32,000 nucleotides of DNA, from sequence record MK250016.1; one strand, 5' to 3'. Shown piece after piece: positions 1 to 8,103 of the stretch. The notes beneath the pieces were generated by a model. That model did not search any database, was not told the DNA's origin, and was given only the letters and a program-made list of their open reading frames with translations. This DNA comes from Prevotella phage Lak-A1. The translations under genes were made by a program, and so were the position numbers. How positions within the stretch are numbered: position 1 is the first letter of the stretch; each line of letters begins with the position of its first letter.

Positions 1-350
1 ACAGGAGTTATTTTAATCAATTTCTGACTATATGTTTGCCAATGACTATATGATATATTGTTAAACTGTTTAAATGAACCTATGAAATCTTTTATACAAA
101 TATTTTCATTAATTAAATCTGCAATAACATGAAATTCATCTTGTCCATTTAACAAATGAATATTACCAATATTATCTTTATATGCATTAATTTGAAATGT
201 ATCTCTGCACATAATTCGCAAAAACATTTTATTAATAAGTTTTTGCTTATCTATATTTTCATTAATGGACTCTTCAAACTGTAAGACTTCTGAAGCTTTT
301 AAGTTTTTAAGCTCATTATATGAAACTGTTTTTATATCAATATAAACCAT
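1..350 (-). CDS. Hypothetical protein, partial (C-terminus outside window)
   Basis: Open reading frame on minus strand from ATG (CAT at 348-350) to the window edge: MVYIDIKTVSYNELKNLKASEVLQFEESINENIDKQKLLINKMF...; lies 5 nt downstream of the 356-571 gene. Confidence 0.7.
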   Translation of the reverse strand, partial: MVYIDIKTVSYNELKNLKASEVLQFEESINENIDKQKLINKMFLRIMCRDTFQINAYKDNIGNIHLLNGQDEFHVIADLINENICIKDFIGSFKQFNNISYSHWQTYSQKLIKITP

Positions 351-355
351 AATTC

Positions 356-571
356 TTAAAATATTTTAAAATCTTTATTTTCATATAAATTTGAAATAGG
401 TTTAAACAATCTCAATACAATTAAACCTACTGCAACAACAAGAATTCCCCATAGTGAACCACTTGCAACCATAACAAAACCTTGATAAATTGCATAAAAT
501 GGTAAACAAATGATACCTAATACTGTCAAAAATAAAACAAATGTAAAGATATACTTAAATAATGTTGTCAT
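356..571 (-). CDS. Small membrane protein (71 aa, two predicted hydrophobic segments)
   Basis: ORF with hydrophobic stretches IFTFVLFLTVLGIICLPFYAIYQGFVMV and LWGILVVAVGLIVL; TAA stop; preceded by a TATCTTTG promoter-like box. Confidence 0.75.
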   Translation of the reverse strand: MTTLFKYIFTFVLFLTVLGIICLPFYAIYQGFVMVASGSLWGILVVAVGLIVLRLFKPISNLYENKDFKIF

Positions 572-611
572 AATTTTATATTTTTTAATTGTTTATACTT
601 TATTTATATTA

Positions 612-643
612 CAAAGATACATATTTTATTTCAAATAAAAAAA
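612..643 (-). promoter_or_regulatory. Bacteroidetes-like promoter (minus strand): TTTTTTT-N17-TATCTTTG
   Basis: On minus strand TTTTTTTATTTGAAATAAAATATGTATCTTTGTA; -7 box TATCTTTG fits TAnnTTTG; 41 nt upstream of the ATG at 571; identical architecture at 4427 and 7019. Confidence 0.7.
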
Positions 644-674
644 TCAGTTACCTAAAAAAATAGATAACTGATTT
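641..674 (-). terminator. Intrinsic terminator after the 680-2065 gene
   Basis: 10-bp inverted repeat AAATCAGTTA...TAACTGATTT, followed on the minus strand by a T7 tract; immediately downstream of the stop at 680. Confidence 0.7.
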
Positions 675-679
675 AATAT

Positions 680-2065
680 TTAATAATACTTATCTCTCGA
701 AATTTCATATGTATTTTCACTTTCATTAAAATCACATACAGAGTTATTATCTACATCAAATATAACCTGACGTGTTAATTCAGTAACAACATATGGAGCA
801 TCAGAAGGCCAACGATATTTAAGATGTTTTGATGTCTTTGTATATGTACATATAAGTTTCCTATTATTTAAATTAATATTAATTTTATCAACATCTTTCT
901 GATCACAAAAATAATGTGATTGATTATGTTTACCAATAATATATAATTTTTGATTTTTATTATATTCTGAACATTCTCTAATAATAGTTCTATATGCATA
1001 AGTTGCATCTGCCATCTTAGTTTTTGTTAAATCTATAATCTTATTATAATAGTTTTTATTGATATATTCAAGAATATCATAATCAAGATAACCTGTCCAT
1101 GGAGTTATCGCTATATTATCAATCATCTTATCGATTTCATCATTTGTAAAAATTTCAGAAATTAATAAATCAACATATTCGCCATCGGATTCATAAGTTT
1201 TACTGAGTTTCACAATTTCTTCATTAAGATCTGCTTTCTTAACAGATTTAATATATGATTTATAACATGAATATGCAACATCTTTTAAATCATTATTAAT
1301 ATCAATATGAATTATAGGCACATTTATCTGCTTTAAAACAGTTTTTAATTCTTCTTTATATATTTTATAAAACTCTTCTTTATATGAAGATGTAAGTTCT
1401 CTCATATAATCATATATTGATTTATCTCCAATAATATCAGATAATAATAATTTTAATGTACCATCTTTATCAATCCGTTTACTCTCACTTTTAGGATATA
1501 TCTCTAATTTTCCATAAGTTGTAATAAAATGTTCTTTTTTATATTTCTTTAAAATAAAACCATTAAATGAAAAATAATAAGCATTTTCTTTACAATCACA
1601 ATAAGGCATCCAATAACGTTGTTCTAATGTTATATGTATAGTAAACAACTTTTTTCTTGATTTATCACATTGCTCTTTAAACTTAAACATTGCTCTAGAA
1701 TATGCAAGTCTTTCATATCCTAAAAGTGATTTATAATTATAAGTACCATTATAAGAATCATCTAACCCTTCAAATTCATTGTATAAATTAAATGTATCTG
1801 CATGTAGTGGTAAACCTGTTATCTTAATATTAAAGAAATTATATTCATTTTCTTTATATGAAGTATTTGTAAGTTTTGAGTATGTCAAAAGTTTACTTAA
1901 GAAAAACGATTTATAAAAATTTTGACATTCATTTATAAGAGCTTGTGCTTTATAATATTCTTCAACAAAATGACTTAAGTCTGAATAATTATTATAATCT
2001 GTCTTATGAAGTTCTACTAATGACTTTTCTTTATCATTAATATCAAATTTATCTATATTATTCAT
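680..2065 (-). CDS. Hypothetical protein (461 aa)
   Basis: Long intact ORF, no internal TAG; last gene of a tightly packed minus-strand operon. Confidence 0.85.
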   Translation of the reverse strand: MNNIDKFDINDKEKSLVELHKTDYNNYSDLSHFVEEYYKAQALINECQNFYKSFFLSKLLTYSKLTNTSYKENEYNFFNIKITGLPLHADTFNLYNEFEGLDDSYNGTYNYKSLLGYERLAYSRAMFKFKEQCDKSRKKLFTIHITLEQRYWMPYCDCKENAYYFSFNGFILKKYKKEHFITTYGKLEIYPKSESKRIDKDGTLKLLLSDIIGDKSIYDYMRELTSSYKEEFYKIYKEELKTVLKQINVPIIHIDINNDLKDVAYSCYKSYIKSVKKADLNEEIVKLSKTYESDGEYVDLLISEIFTNDEIDKMIDNIAITPWTGYLDYDILEYINKNYYNKIIDLTKTKMADATYAYRTIIRECSEYNKNQKLYIIGKHNQSHYFCDQKDVDKININLNNRKLICTYTKTSKHLKYRWPSDAPYVVTELTRQVIFDVDNNSVCDFNESENTYEISRDKYY

Positions 2066-2077
2066 TAAATTATTATT

Positions 2078-2545
2078 TTATAGTTCATACATCATATACT
2101 TATTATTGTAATAATATTCTTCATGATAATACATTCCATTACTAAATTCCCAAATTTGTTCTTTTGCTAAATTATTATCTGACACAATATCATTCCAAAC
2201 TTCAACACACATATCGCATGTACTTTCTAACTTACAACTTGGATTACATTTTAAAAATTCTTCTGGTGAAGACTGTACAAAATTAGTTAAAACAAAATCA
2301 CCTTTACCAATATTTAATTCACTAAAATATCCAATTCCATTATATCTTATTGTGAATCCCCATTCACCAGATACTTTATAATAAAAAGCTTCATGATTAT
2401 TTGGATTTACATATTTAAGAATATAAATATCATCAAAATTTCTATCCATACATATTTTCTTTAAATATATAGGAAACCAAGGTAATATAATGTCAAAATG
2501 ACTACTATATTTGGTTTTAATATCTGCTGTTTTTATTAATCCCAT
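2078..2545 (-). CDS. Hypothetical protein (155 aa)
   Basis: Intact ORF within the operon, TAA stop. Confidence 0.8.
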   Translation of the reverse strand: MGLIKTADIKTKYSSHFDIILPWFPIYLKKICMDRNFDDIYILKYVNPNNHEAFYYKVSGEWGFTIRYNGIGYFSELNIGKGDFVLTNFVQSSPEEFLKCNPSCKLESTCDMCVEVWNDIVSDNNLAKEQIWEFSNGMYYHEEYYYNNKYMMYEL

Positions 2546-2547
2546 AA

Positions 2548-3045
2548 TTAAATATCATAATTCATAAATTTATTTGTCTTTTTAGTATTATTTGTTTTAG
2601 TATCTATTATTGCTTTGCCGAATTTATTACAATATGAAAATTCTAATGGTTCAAATATATTATATGTGTTATCAAAAGGTTTCCAAATAGAATTAAATTT
2701 ATTACTATATCTAGAATTAAATTTATTACTATATGTAGAAAAAGATCTAACAGCAATAATATCACTTAATAATGTATTATCTCTCAAATAATTAAATATT
2801 TCTTCTTTTATTTTTTTATATGTATTAGTATCTTCATCGCAAATAGTATATGTTAATATATTACGAATGAACCCAGTATTTCCTACAAATTCATGTACAA
2901 TATATTCTGCAAATTGCTCTGCATATTCATCTTCATTTGTATAACGAAATATAAATATTTTTATTGTATCATCATCATTATTCCAATAATAAAAAACTTT
3001 ATATATAGTTGATATATTATTAATCAAATTCTCATTAAATATCAT
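2548..3045 (-). CDS. Hypothetical protein (165 aa)
   Basis: Intact ORF, 2-nt spacing to the neighbouring gene. Confidence 0.8.
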   Translation of the reverse strand: MIFNENLINNISTIYKVFYYWNNDDDTIKIFIFRYTNEDEYAEQFAEYIVHEFVGNTGFIRNILTYTICDEDTNTYKKIKEEIFNYLRDNTLLSDIIAVRSFSTYSNKFNSRYSNKFNSIWKPFDNTYNIFEPLEFSYCNKFGKAIIDTKTNNTKKTNKFMNYDI

Positions 3046-3048
3046 ATA

Positions 3049-3447
3049 TTAAATTTCATATTTTGTATATGTTTTATCTACATTTGAATAAACAGATTTC
3101 GCAGATAAATTCATGACTTCTAAAATATTATTATATTCTGCTTCAGTTATAAAAAATTTATTTCCAGATTTCAAAATAACCGTATAATTTAATTCTTCAT
3201 CTTCTCCATATTTCCTCATATCATTATTCATTTCAAGCGGTACTGCTAATGAAGATGATATAATATTTTGACAACTATCTTTAAAACGTTTATCAAGACA
3301 AAGTCTTTTTACTGCATCACCTATATTTTCACCACATGCTTCTACCGTTTCGTATTCCAATAATTCATAAGGCCAAACAGGACCAAACATTTCAATCTGT
3401 GAGATATTAAGTACAATACCATTATCTAATTTAATAAAACTATTCAT
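3049..3447 (-). CDS. Hypothetical protein (132 aa)
   Basis: Intact ORF, tight operon spacing. Confidence 0.8.
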   Translation of the reverse strand: MNSFIKLDNGIVLNISQIEMFGPVWPYELLEYETVEACGENIGDAVKRLCLDKRFKDSCQNIISSSLAVPLEMNNDMRKYGEDEELNYTVILKSGNKFFITEAEYNNILEVMNLSAKSVYSNVDKTYTKYEI

Positions 3448-3462
3448 CTGCTTATCATAAAA

Positions 3463-3777
3463 TTAATCACGTTGTCCATGATATATTTCAGTACTAGGTG
3501 GTTTTGGTAAATATATAAGTTTATTGGTATATCTCTGAAATGCTTCACAAAATGCTTTCATAATCACCATATTTTTATAATAATCATGATATTCTTCTGA
3601 ATTAATATCCGGCCTAGGAAATTCAGTATTCATTTTACCACTAATAAACTCATAACATTTATCAGTCAATCTATCATAATCATATTTAGGAAGATCATAT
3701 CCTCCAAACAATCTATCTCTCGTTACGTTATCTTTATTTTCTTCAATAAAAGATTTCAAAAAATCATCATATGTCAT
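3463..3777 (-). CDS. Hypothetical protein (104 aa)
   Basis: Intact ORF, first gene of the 680-3777 operon. Confidence 0.8.
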   Translation of the reverse strand: MTYDDFLKSFIEENKDNVTRDRLFGGYDLPKYDYDRLTDKCYEFISGKMNTEFPRPDINSEEYHDYYKNMVIMKAFCEAFQRYTNKLIYLPKPPSTEIYHGQRD

Positions 3778-3792
3778 AATAACTAAAAATAA

Positions 3793-3828
3793 AAAGGTTA
3801 CCTACCTTAATGTAGGTAAGTAACCTTT
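3793..3828 (-). terminator. Intrinsic terminator / possible attenuator between the 3852-4325 gene and the 680-3777 operon
   Basis: Inverted repeat AAAGGTTACcTACC / GGTAaGTAACCTTT (13 pairs, 1 mismatch, 8-nt loop), followed on the minus strand by TTTTTATTTTT. Confidence 0.75.
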
Positions 3829-3851
3829 AGTAATATTAATAAATTAACTTA

Positions 3852-4325
3852 TTAATTTCCTTCTGTCATATCAACAGGCTCATCAACAGTATCATCCAAA
3901 TCAATGTCAAGATCATCAATCTCAGACATCTCAAGAGCGAAACGGTCATCGTCATTAAAGTTCTTCAAGAACTTATCCATTACAAGCTTATACTTCGCAA
4001 GATCCTTCTTATCATGAATCTCCTCAACTCGAAGCTTAAAATCATTATCCCATGTATCAATGGTAAATCCCAAAAACTTACGAGCTGAACAATTCTTCAA
4101 ATCATCTGGACGAACACCATACTGCTCAATTCTTGCTGTAATATTTGCATCACCATCATGTACAGATGCACCTGCACGAACAACATCGTCAATATTCATA
4201 TTCTGTACCAAACCAAAAGGCTCACATGCTCGATTAGTCTTATACTCATACTTCTTACCTTCAAGCTGCTTTACCTTCTTTGCTGCAATCTTATACTTAG
4301 CAACAATCTCTTTACGTGTAATCAT
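3852..4325 (-). CDS. Hypothetical acidic-tailed protein (157 aa)
   Basis: Intact ORF, richer in GC and in varied codons than its surroundings; C-terminus MSEIDDLDIDLDDTVDEPVDMTEGN; promoter-like element upstream. Confidence 0.85.
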   Translation of the reverse strand: MITRKEIVAKYKIAAKKVKQLEGKKYEYKTNRACEPFGLVQNMNIDDVVRAGASVHDGDANITARIEQYGVRPDDLKNCSARKFLGFTIDTWDNDFKLRVEEIHDKKDLAKYKLVMDKFLKNFNDDDRFALEMSEIDDLDIDLDDTVDEPVDMTEGN

Positions 4326-4426
4326 AATTTATTATTAATTTAAATTAAACTTAATTTGTTATTCTTATTTGTATATAAGTTAAAAATAAAATTGTCTATA
4401 TTTTATTGATTATTTTATTAACAATA

Positions 4427-4458
4427 CAAAGATACACATTATTCTTTAAATAAAAAAA
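4427..4458 (-). promoter_or_regulatory. Bacteroidetes-like promoter (minus strand): TTTTTTT-N17-TATCTTTG
   Basis: Minus strand TTTTTTTATTTAAAGAATAATGTGTATCTTTGTA; same T7/N17/TATCTTTG spacing as the other two copies; about 100 nt upstream of the start at 4325. Confidence 0.7.
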
Positions 4459-4472
4459 TAATAGTCAAATAA

Positions 4473-5711
4473 TTATTGTTTATTAATCCATTCTTTTACT
4501 TCATTAATATTCCAAAATTCTATATAATTCAAATTATTCTACTATGATATATTCCTTTTTTTCAAATCTAATATAGTCCATGTATAAATAATATTATCAT
4601 ATTGTGACTTCTTACCATTTTTATGTGCATTAGAATTTTCTGCTTTTTCTTTTAAGTTATTCAGCTCATTTAAATCATATTCATTATTTTCATTAAATGG
4701 ATGATAATGATGATAATGAGATCCGTTATATTCAATATATAAATCTAATGATGGTATATAAAAATCACAATTAAATGGATACAATTCTGATTTATATTGT
4801 CTAATACAATCTGAATATTTTTCTTTTAATAAATCAAAACATACATCTTCTTGATATGATATATTAAATGAATTATTTAATAATTTTGTATTATAAATTT
4901 TTTTCTATATTTCATTACTACTTAATATAGATGAAATTAAATTTTTATAGTATTGTGTCTACATAGGATTTTCAACACCATACTTTTCTAAACATGTATT
5001 TTTTATTTTATCTTTTACATATTTAAGTTGACCAATATTTACGATACTATTAATATCATCTTCATTAGAAGCATATTTTTTAATACATGTATCTAATGAC
5101 TAATTTCGAAATTTTTGAACTTTAAATACAGAATCAACCCCATACTTTTCTAAACATGCTTTATAAGTTTTTTCTATTTTTTCAGGAATCTAACCTGTAT
5201 ACTCAACACCATATTTTTGTAAACATGTTTCTTTTGATTTTTGTTTAAATATTTCAGATTTTAAAGGGGATGTTACTCCATATCTTTGTAAACATGTTTC
5301 TCTTGCTTTAATTCTATTAGAATAATGTTCATCTCCATATTTTAATAAACATGTTTCTCTTATTTTATTATTAATCTCTTGCTTTTTATCTACATCACTA
5401 TATATGTCTTTTAATACTTTTTTAACTGTTATACCATCTAACATATTTGCATGTTCTTTACAACATGTTTTATTAAATAATTGATTCTTTTTACCATTCA
5501 AAAATTTAACAGGTTTTCCACAAATAACACATACAGGGCGAACCTCTATATTATACTGTATTCTCTTAATTGTTTCTCTTAATGACTATGAATCAGTATA
5601 GCGATTATCTAAATATTCCTTATACCCCTCAGAAATATTAGTTAATCGCTATACATTTATATGTCCATTAGATTTAATAAAATAATCTAATATAATCTAA
5701 TCTGTTACCAT
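4473..5711 (-). CDS. Putative phage nuclease: Cys-rich zinc-ribbon-like N-terminus, 'TCLxKYGVE' repeats and C-terminal Vsr/EDxHD-like nuclease-like domain (412 aa, 9 TAG read as Gln)
   Basis: With TAG read through, one frame joins ORF-track pieces 5190-5501 and 4542-4784. CVICGKP...TCCKEH; repeats TCLLKYGDEH, TCLQRYGVTS, TCLQKYGVEYTGQ, ACLEKYGVDS, TCIKKYASNE, TCLEKYGVENPMQ; C-terminus YPFNCDFYIPSLDLYIEYNGSHYHHYHPFNENNEYD...IIYTWTILDLKKR. Confidence 0.8.
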
Positions 5712-5713
5712 AC

Positions 5714-6559
5714 TTAATAATTTTCATTTTTAGGTTGATCAACCTTATCATAAGTACCATATTTTACAAAATACTTATTGAAATCGCAAGTTTTAACTTT
5801 GAAGATAATTCGTTCACCCTTACGTGTCTTCAAGCCCATAGGTGTACGAAGAACTAGTCCTTCGGCAAGATGCGTTTCTTCTGCAATATTAGAATTAAAT
5901 CCTTTCTTTACATATTCAATTGCTTCATCAATAGTAAACTTACCTACAAATGGAACAATATTTACACCAAGTTTATTGAAAATTTCATCTCGATTTTCAC
6001 GGAGAAGATACATATCATCTACCTTCACATCAAATCCAATAAATGAATTATCTTTTCTATAGTATCCACCTGATTGAATTCCTGCACCAAATCCTTCACC
6101 ATACAATGTATATCTCTTTGGAATTTTTGTTTCATCAAGTTCATATACATTGAATTGTGTATTAAGTACAGACCATGTTTTTTCTTGCATTAGTTCATCT
6201 GTTACATACATTTCCTTAGAAAGACCCAATGCATTCAATACCTTATCTTCTGTCAATTCAGTTGTAAGATATGCATACAACATCTTTGGGATCTGTGCAT
6301 TATCAGTCTTTCCATTATATGTAACATTCCACTTAATACCAATATTATTACCAATGTCTGATGTGATAAATTCACGGGTTACTTCAATTCGAGTATTAGT
6401 TCCGTCTACCTTCTCCTCTGCATCAAACTTGCAATCCCGCAACCATTCCAACTCAGGTACTGCAAATTCATCATAAGGCATGATTACATTATTTGCATCT
6501 CTCTTAAAGATTGTGTTAATCTTCTGATAAGTATTCTCACTTCTTTTCTGCTTACCCAT
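5714..6559 (-). CDS. RNA ligase (T4 Rnl2-like nucleotidyltransferase fold), 281 aa
   Basis: Motif I KVDG in CKFDAEEKVDGTNTRIEV; downstream GEGFGAGIQSGG and EGLVLRTP...RIIFKVKTCDF resemble motifs IIIa/IV/V of the ligase superfamily. Confidence 0.85.
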   Translation of the reverse strand: MGKQKRSENTYQKINTIFKRDANNVIMPYDEFAVPELEWLRDCKFDAEEKVDGTNTRIEVTREFITSDIGNNIGIKWNVTYNGKTDNAQIPKMLYAYLTTELTEDKVLNALGLSKEMYVTDELMQEKTWSVLNTQFNVYELDETKIPKRYTLYGEGFGAGIQSGGYYRKDNSFIGFDVKVDDMYLLRENRDEIFNKLGVNIVPFVGKFTIDEAIEYVKKGFNSNIAEETHLAEGLVLRTPMGLKTRKGERIIFKVKTCDFNKYFVKYGTYDKVDQPKNENY

Positions 6560-6618
6560 AATTTAATAATATTTTATATGATTTATAATGTTTATAAATT
6601 AGATTTAATAAAAAGTCT

Positions 6619-6792
6619 TTATACTGATAATTTTTCAATTTGTTTATCAGCAGATCTTGCAAGAGATTTAAATCTACCGATATAATATTTTATGACTTTA
6701 TCAACATATTCAATGTTTGTTGTTTCTTGATAATCGTTCCAGAAATTATCACATAAATCTTTCGCTTTTTCAGAATAAGTTTTCTTTTTCAT
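6619..6792 (-). CDS. Small hypothetical protein (57 aa, basic)
   Basis: MKKKTYSEKAKDLCDNFWNDYQETTNIEYVDKVIKYYIGRFKSLARSADKQIEKLSV then TAA; fills the gap in the operon; below the length cutoff of the ORF track. Confidence 0.6.
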   Translation of the reverse strand: MKKKTYSEKAKDLCDNFWNDYQETTNIEYVDKVIKYYIGRFKSLARSADKQIEKLSV

Positions 6793-6799
6793 TTTTATA

Positions 6800-6976
6800 T
6801 CATTTTACCTAAAATAACTCATATGGTACAATATCATTCTCTTTAATTTCAATAGCATTACATGTATGAACATACTCACCATGTTTTTCCATAAGTGAAC
6901 GTGCTTCTACATCATCAATAGCATTTACTATAAAAAGTCCTCTATCTGTTTTTACTTTATATAATGTAATATCCAT
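6800..6976 (-). CDS. Small hypothetical protein (58 aa if TAG is read as Gln; 55 aa if TAG stops)
   Basis: MDITLYKVKTDRGLFIVNAIDDVEARSLMEKHGEYVHTCNAIEIKENDIVPYELF-TAG-VK-TGA; 43 nt downstream of a TATCTTTG box. Confidence 0.65.
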
Positions 6977-7018
6977 AATTTTATTATTTTAATTTACTTC
7001 AATATTTTATTAACATCA

Positions 7019-7050
7019 CAAAGATACATAAAATATTTGAATGAAAAAAA
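7019..7050 (-). promoter_or_regulatory. Bacteroidetes-like promoter (minus strand): TTTTTTT-N17-TATCTTTG
   Basis: Minus strand TTTTTTTCATTCAAATATTTTATGTATCTTTGTG; 43 nt from the ATG at 6976; third copy with identical spacing. Confidence 0.7.
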
Positions 7051-7093
7051 TATTTTCAATAAATATACAAACAATTATTTAGTTTAATTAGAA

Positions 7094-7831
7094 ATGTTAT
7101 TAAATAATCTTGATCAAAATTTTGTTATTGCATTAGATTTCAATTGGTTTTATCCTGATGTTACTGAAAAATGGATGCCAATATTAAATAGAATGTATTT
7201 ACCATACATGACATTAGAAGATTTCTTCAATGCATAGATTGCATCTATAAATTTTCCAGGATTAAATTCAGGTACAGTAATATAGCAAGGAAGAGAATAT
7301 AAAATTCAGAAAAGACCTGGAAAGCAGGAAGATATGTTATTGGAAAAGACATTAACATTAACTGTTAAAACAGCAGAAAGTTATATAAGTTATTTTGTAG
7401 CAAGACATCAATATGATTTATATTTAAGATTAGGATAGTTAACACCTTTATACCTTCCTAATATATCTGTTTCTTTATTGGATGATGGCGGTTTTGAAAC
7501 AGTTACATACTGTTATTAGCAATTAACACCGACAAGTATAGGTGATTTATCTATGTCATATGCAGCTCGTATGGGTTCGTTTAATACATTTACATGGTCT
7601 TTTGTATATAACTATTATGATGTATATATTAGAAATGGTAATGGTGAAAGAGAATTAATATCTAAAGAATATGATCCTTATAAAGATGGAAATAGTGAAT
7701 TTCTTGATTTGGATGATTCTAAATATTCATCAAAAATACATCCAGGTATTTCATCTAAGGTAAAGATTAATAAATTACAGTCTTTATCGAGAAGAGTTCC
7801 TGGTTAGATAGGGGTTAATCTAAAAAAATAA
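7094..7831 (+). CDS. Putative phage tail tube/baseplate-type structural protein (245 aa, 5 TAG as Gln)
   Basis: Continuous frame with TAG read through: MLLNNLDQNFVIALDFNWFYPDVTEKWMPILNRMYLPYMTLEDFFNA[Q]IASINFPGLNSGTVI[Q]QGREYKIQKRPGKQEDMLLEKTLTLTVKTAESYISYFVARHQYDLY...; structural role is inference from composition and TAG density. Confidence 0.6.
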
Positions 7832-7843
7832 TTTAATAATAAT

Positions 7844-8074
7844 ATGTGTGATTGCGTAGTTTATAATACACCTATGAATACAATAGGTGTAGGAGATCCT
7901 GTTCCATTTGGTGTAAATTCATATGGTTCAGGTGATAGATTTGATACGACTCCTGGTAGTAAATCAAAAAATAAAAATAAGAAAATATATTCTAAACCTC
8001 CAGTTTAGCATGGATTTAACGGAATTAAACAAATGCCGTTAATTGTTATGAGTAGTAAAAATAAAAAGAGATAA
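7844..8074 (+). CDS. Small hypothetical protein (76 aa, 1 TAG as Gln)
   Basis: MCDCVVYNTPMNTIGVGDPVPFGVNSYGSGDRFDTTPGSKSKNKNKKIYSKPPV[Q]HGFNGIKQMPLIVMSSKNKKR then TAA; directly followed by a terminator. Confidence 0.6.
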
Positions 8075-8097
8075 GAATATGGAATTCTTATCTCTTT
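8065..8097. terminator. Bidirectional intrinsic terminator between convergent genes
   Basis: Perfect 14-bp stem AAAGAGATAAGAAT / ATTCTTATCTCTTT with 5-nt loop, flanked by A-tract and T-rich sequence; convergent gene ends at 8074 and 8104. Confidence 0.85.
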
Positions 8098-8103
8098 CTT
8101 TTA

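Noticed and set aside
4060-4343. Two + strand ORFs (4060-4338, 4158-4343) opposite the 3852-4325 gene
   Set aside because: Low-complexity Leu/Ile/Thr/Ser shadow translations of the antisense of a convincing gene; no promoter or independent support.
4473-5711. Calling the KYGVE-repeat gene a GIY-YIG or HNH homing endonuclease
   Set aside because: No GIY-YIG or HNH signature; the C-terminal pattern CDFYIPSLDLYIEYNG...H..HPF better fits a Vsr/EDxHD-like module, and even that needs a profile search.
5778-6476. + strand ORFs 5778-6062 and 6150-6476
   Set aside because: Antisense of the RNA ligase gene, which has clear motifs; treated as spurious.
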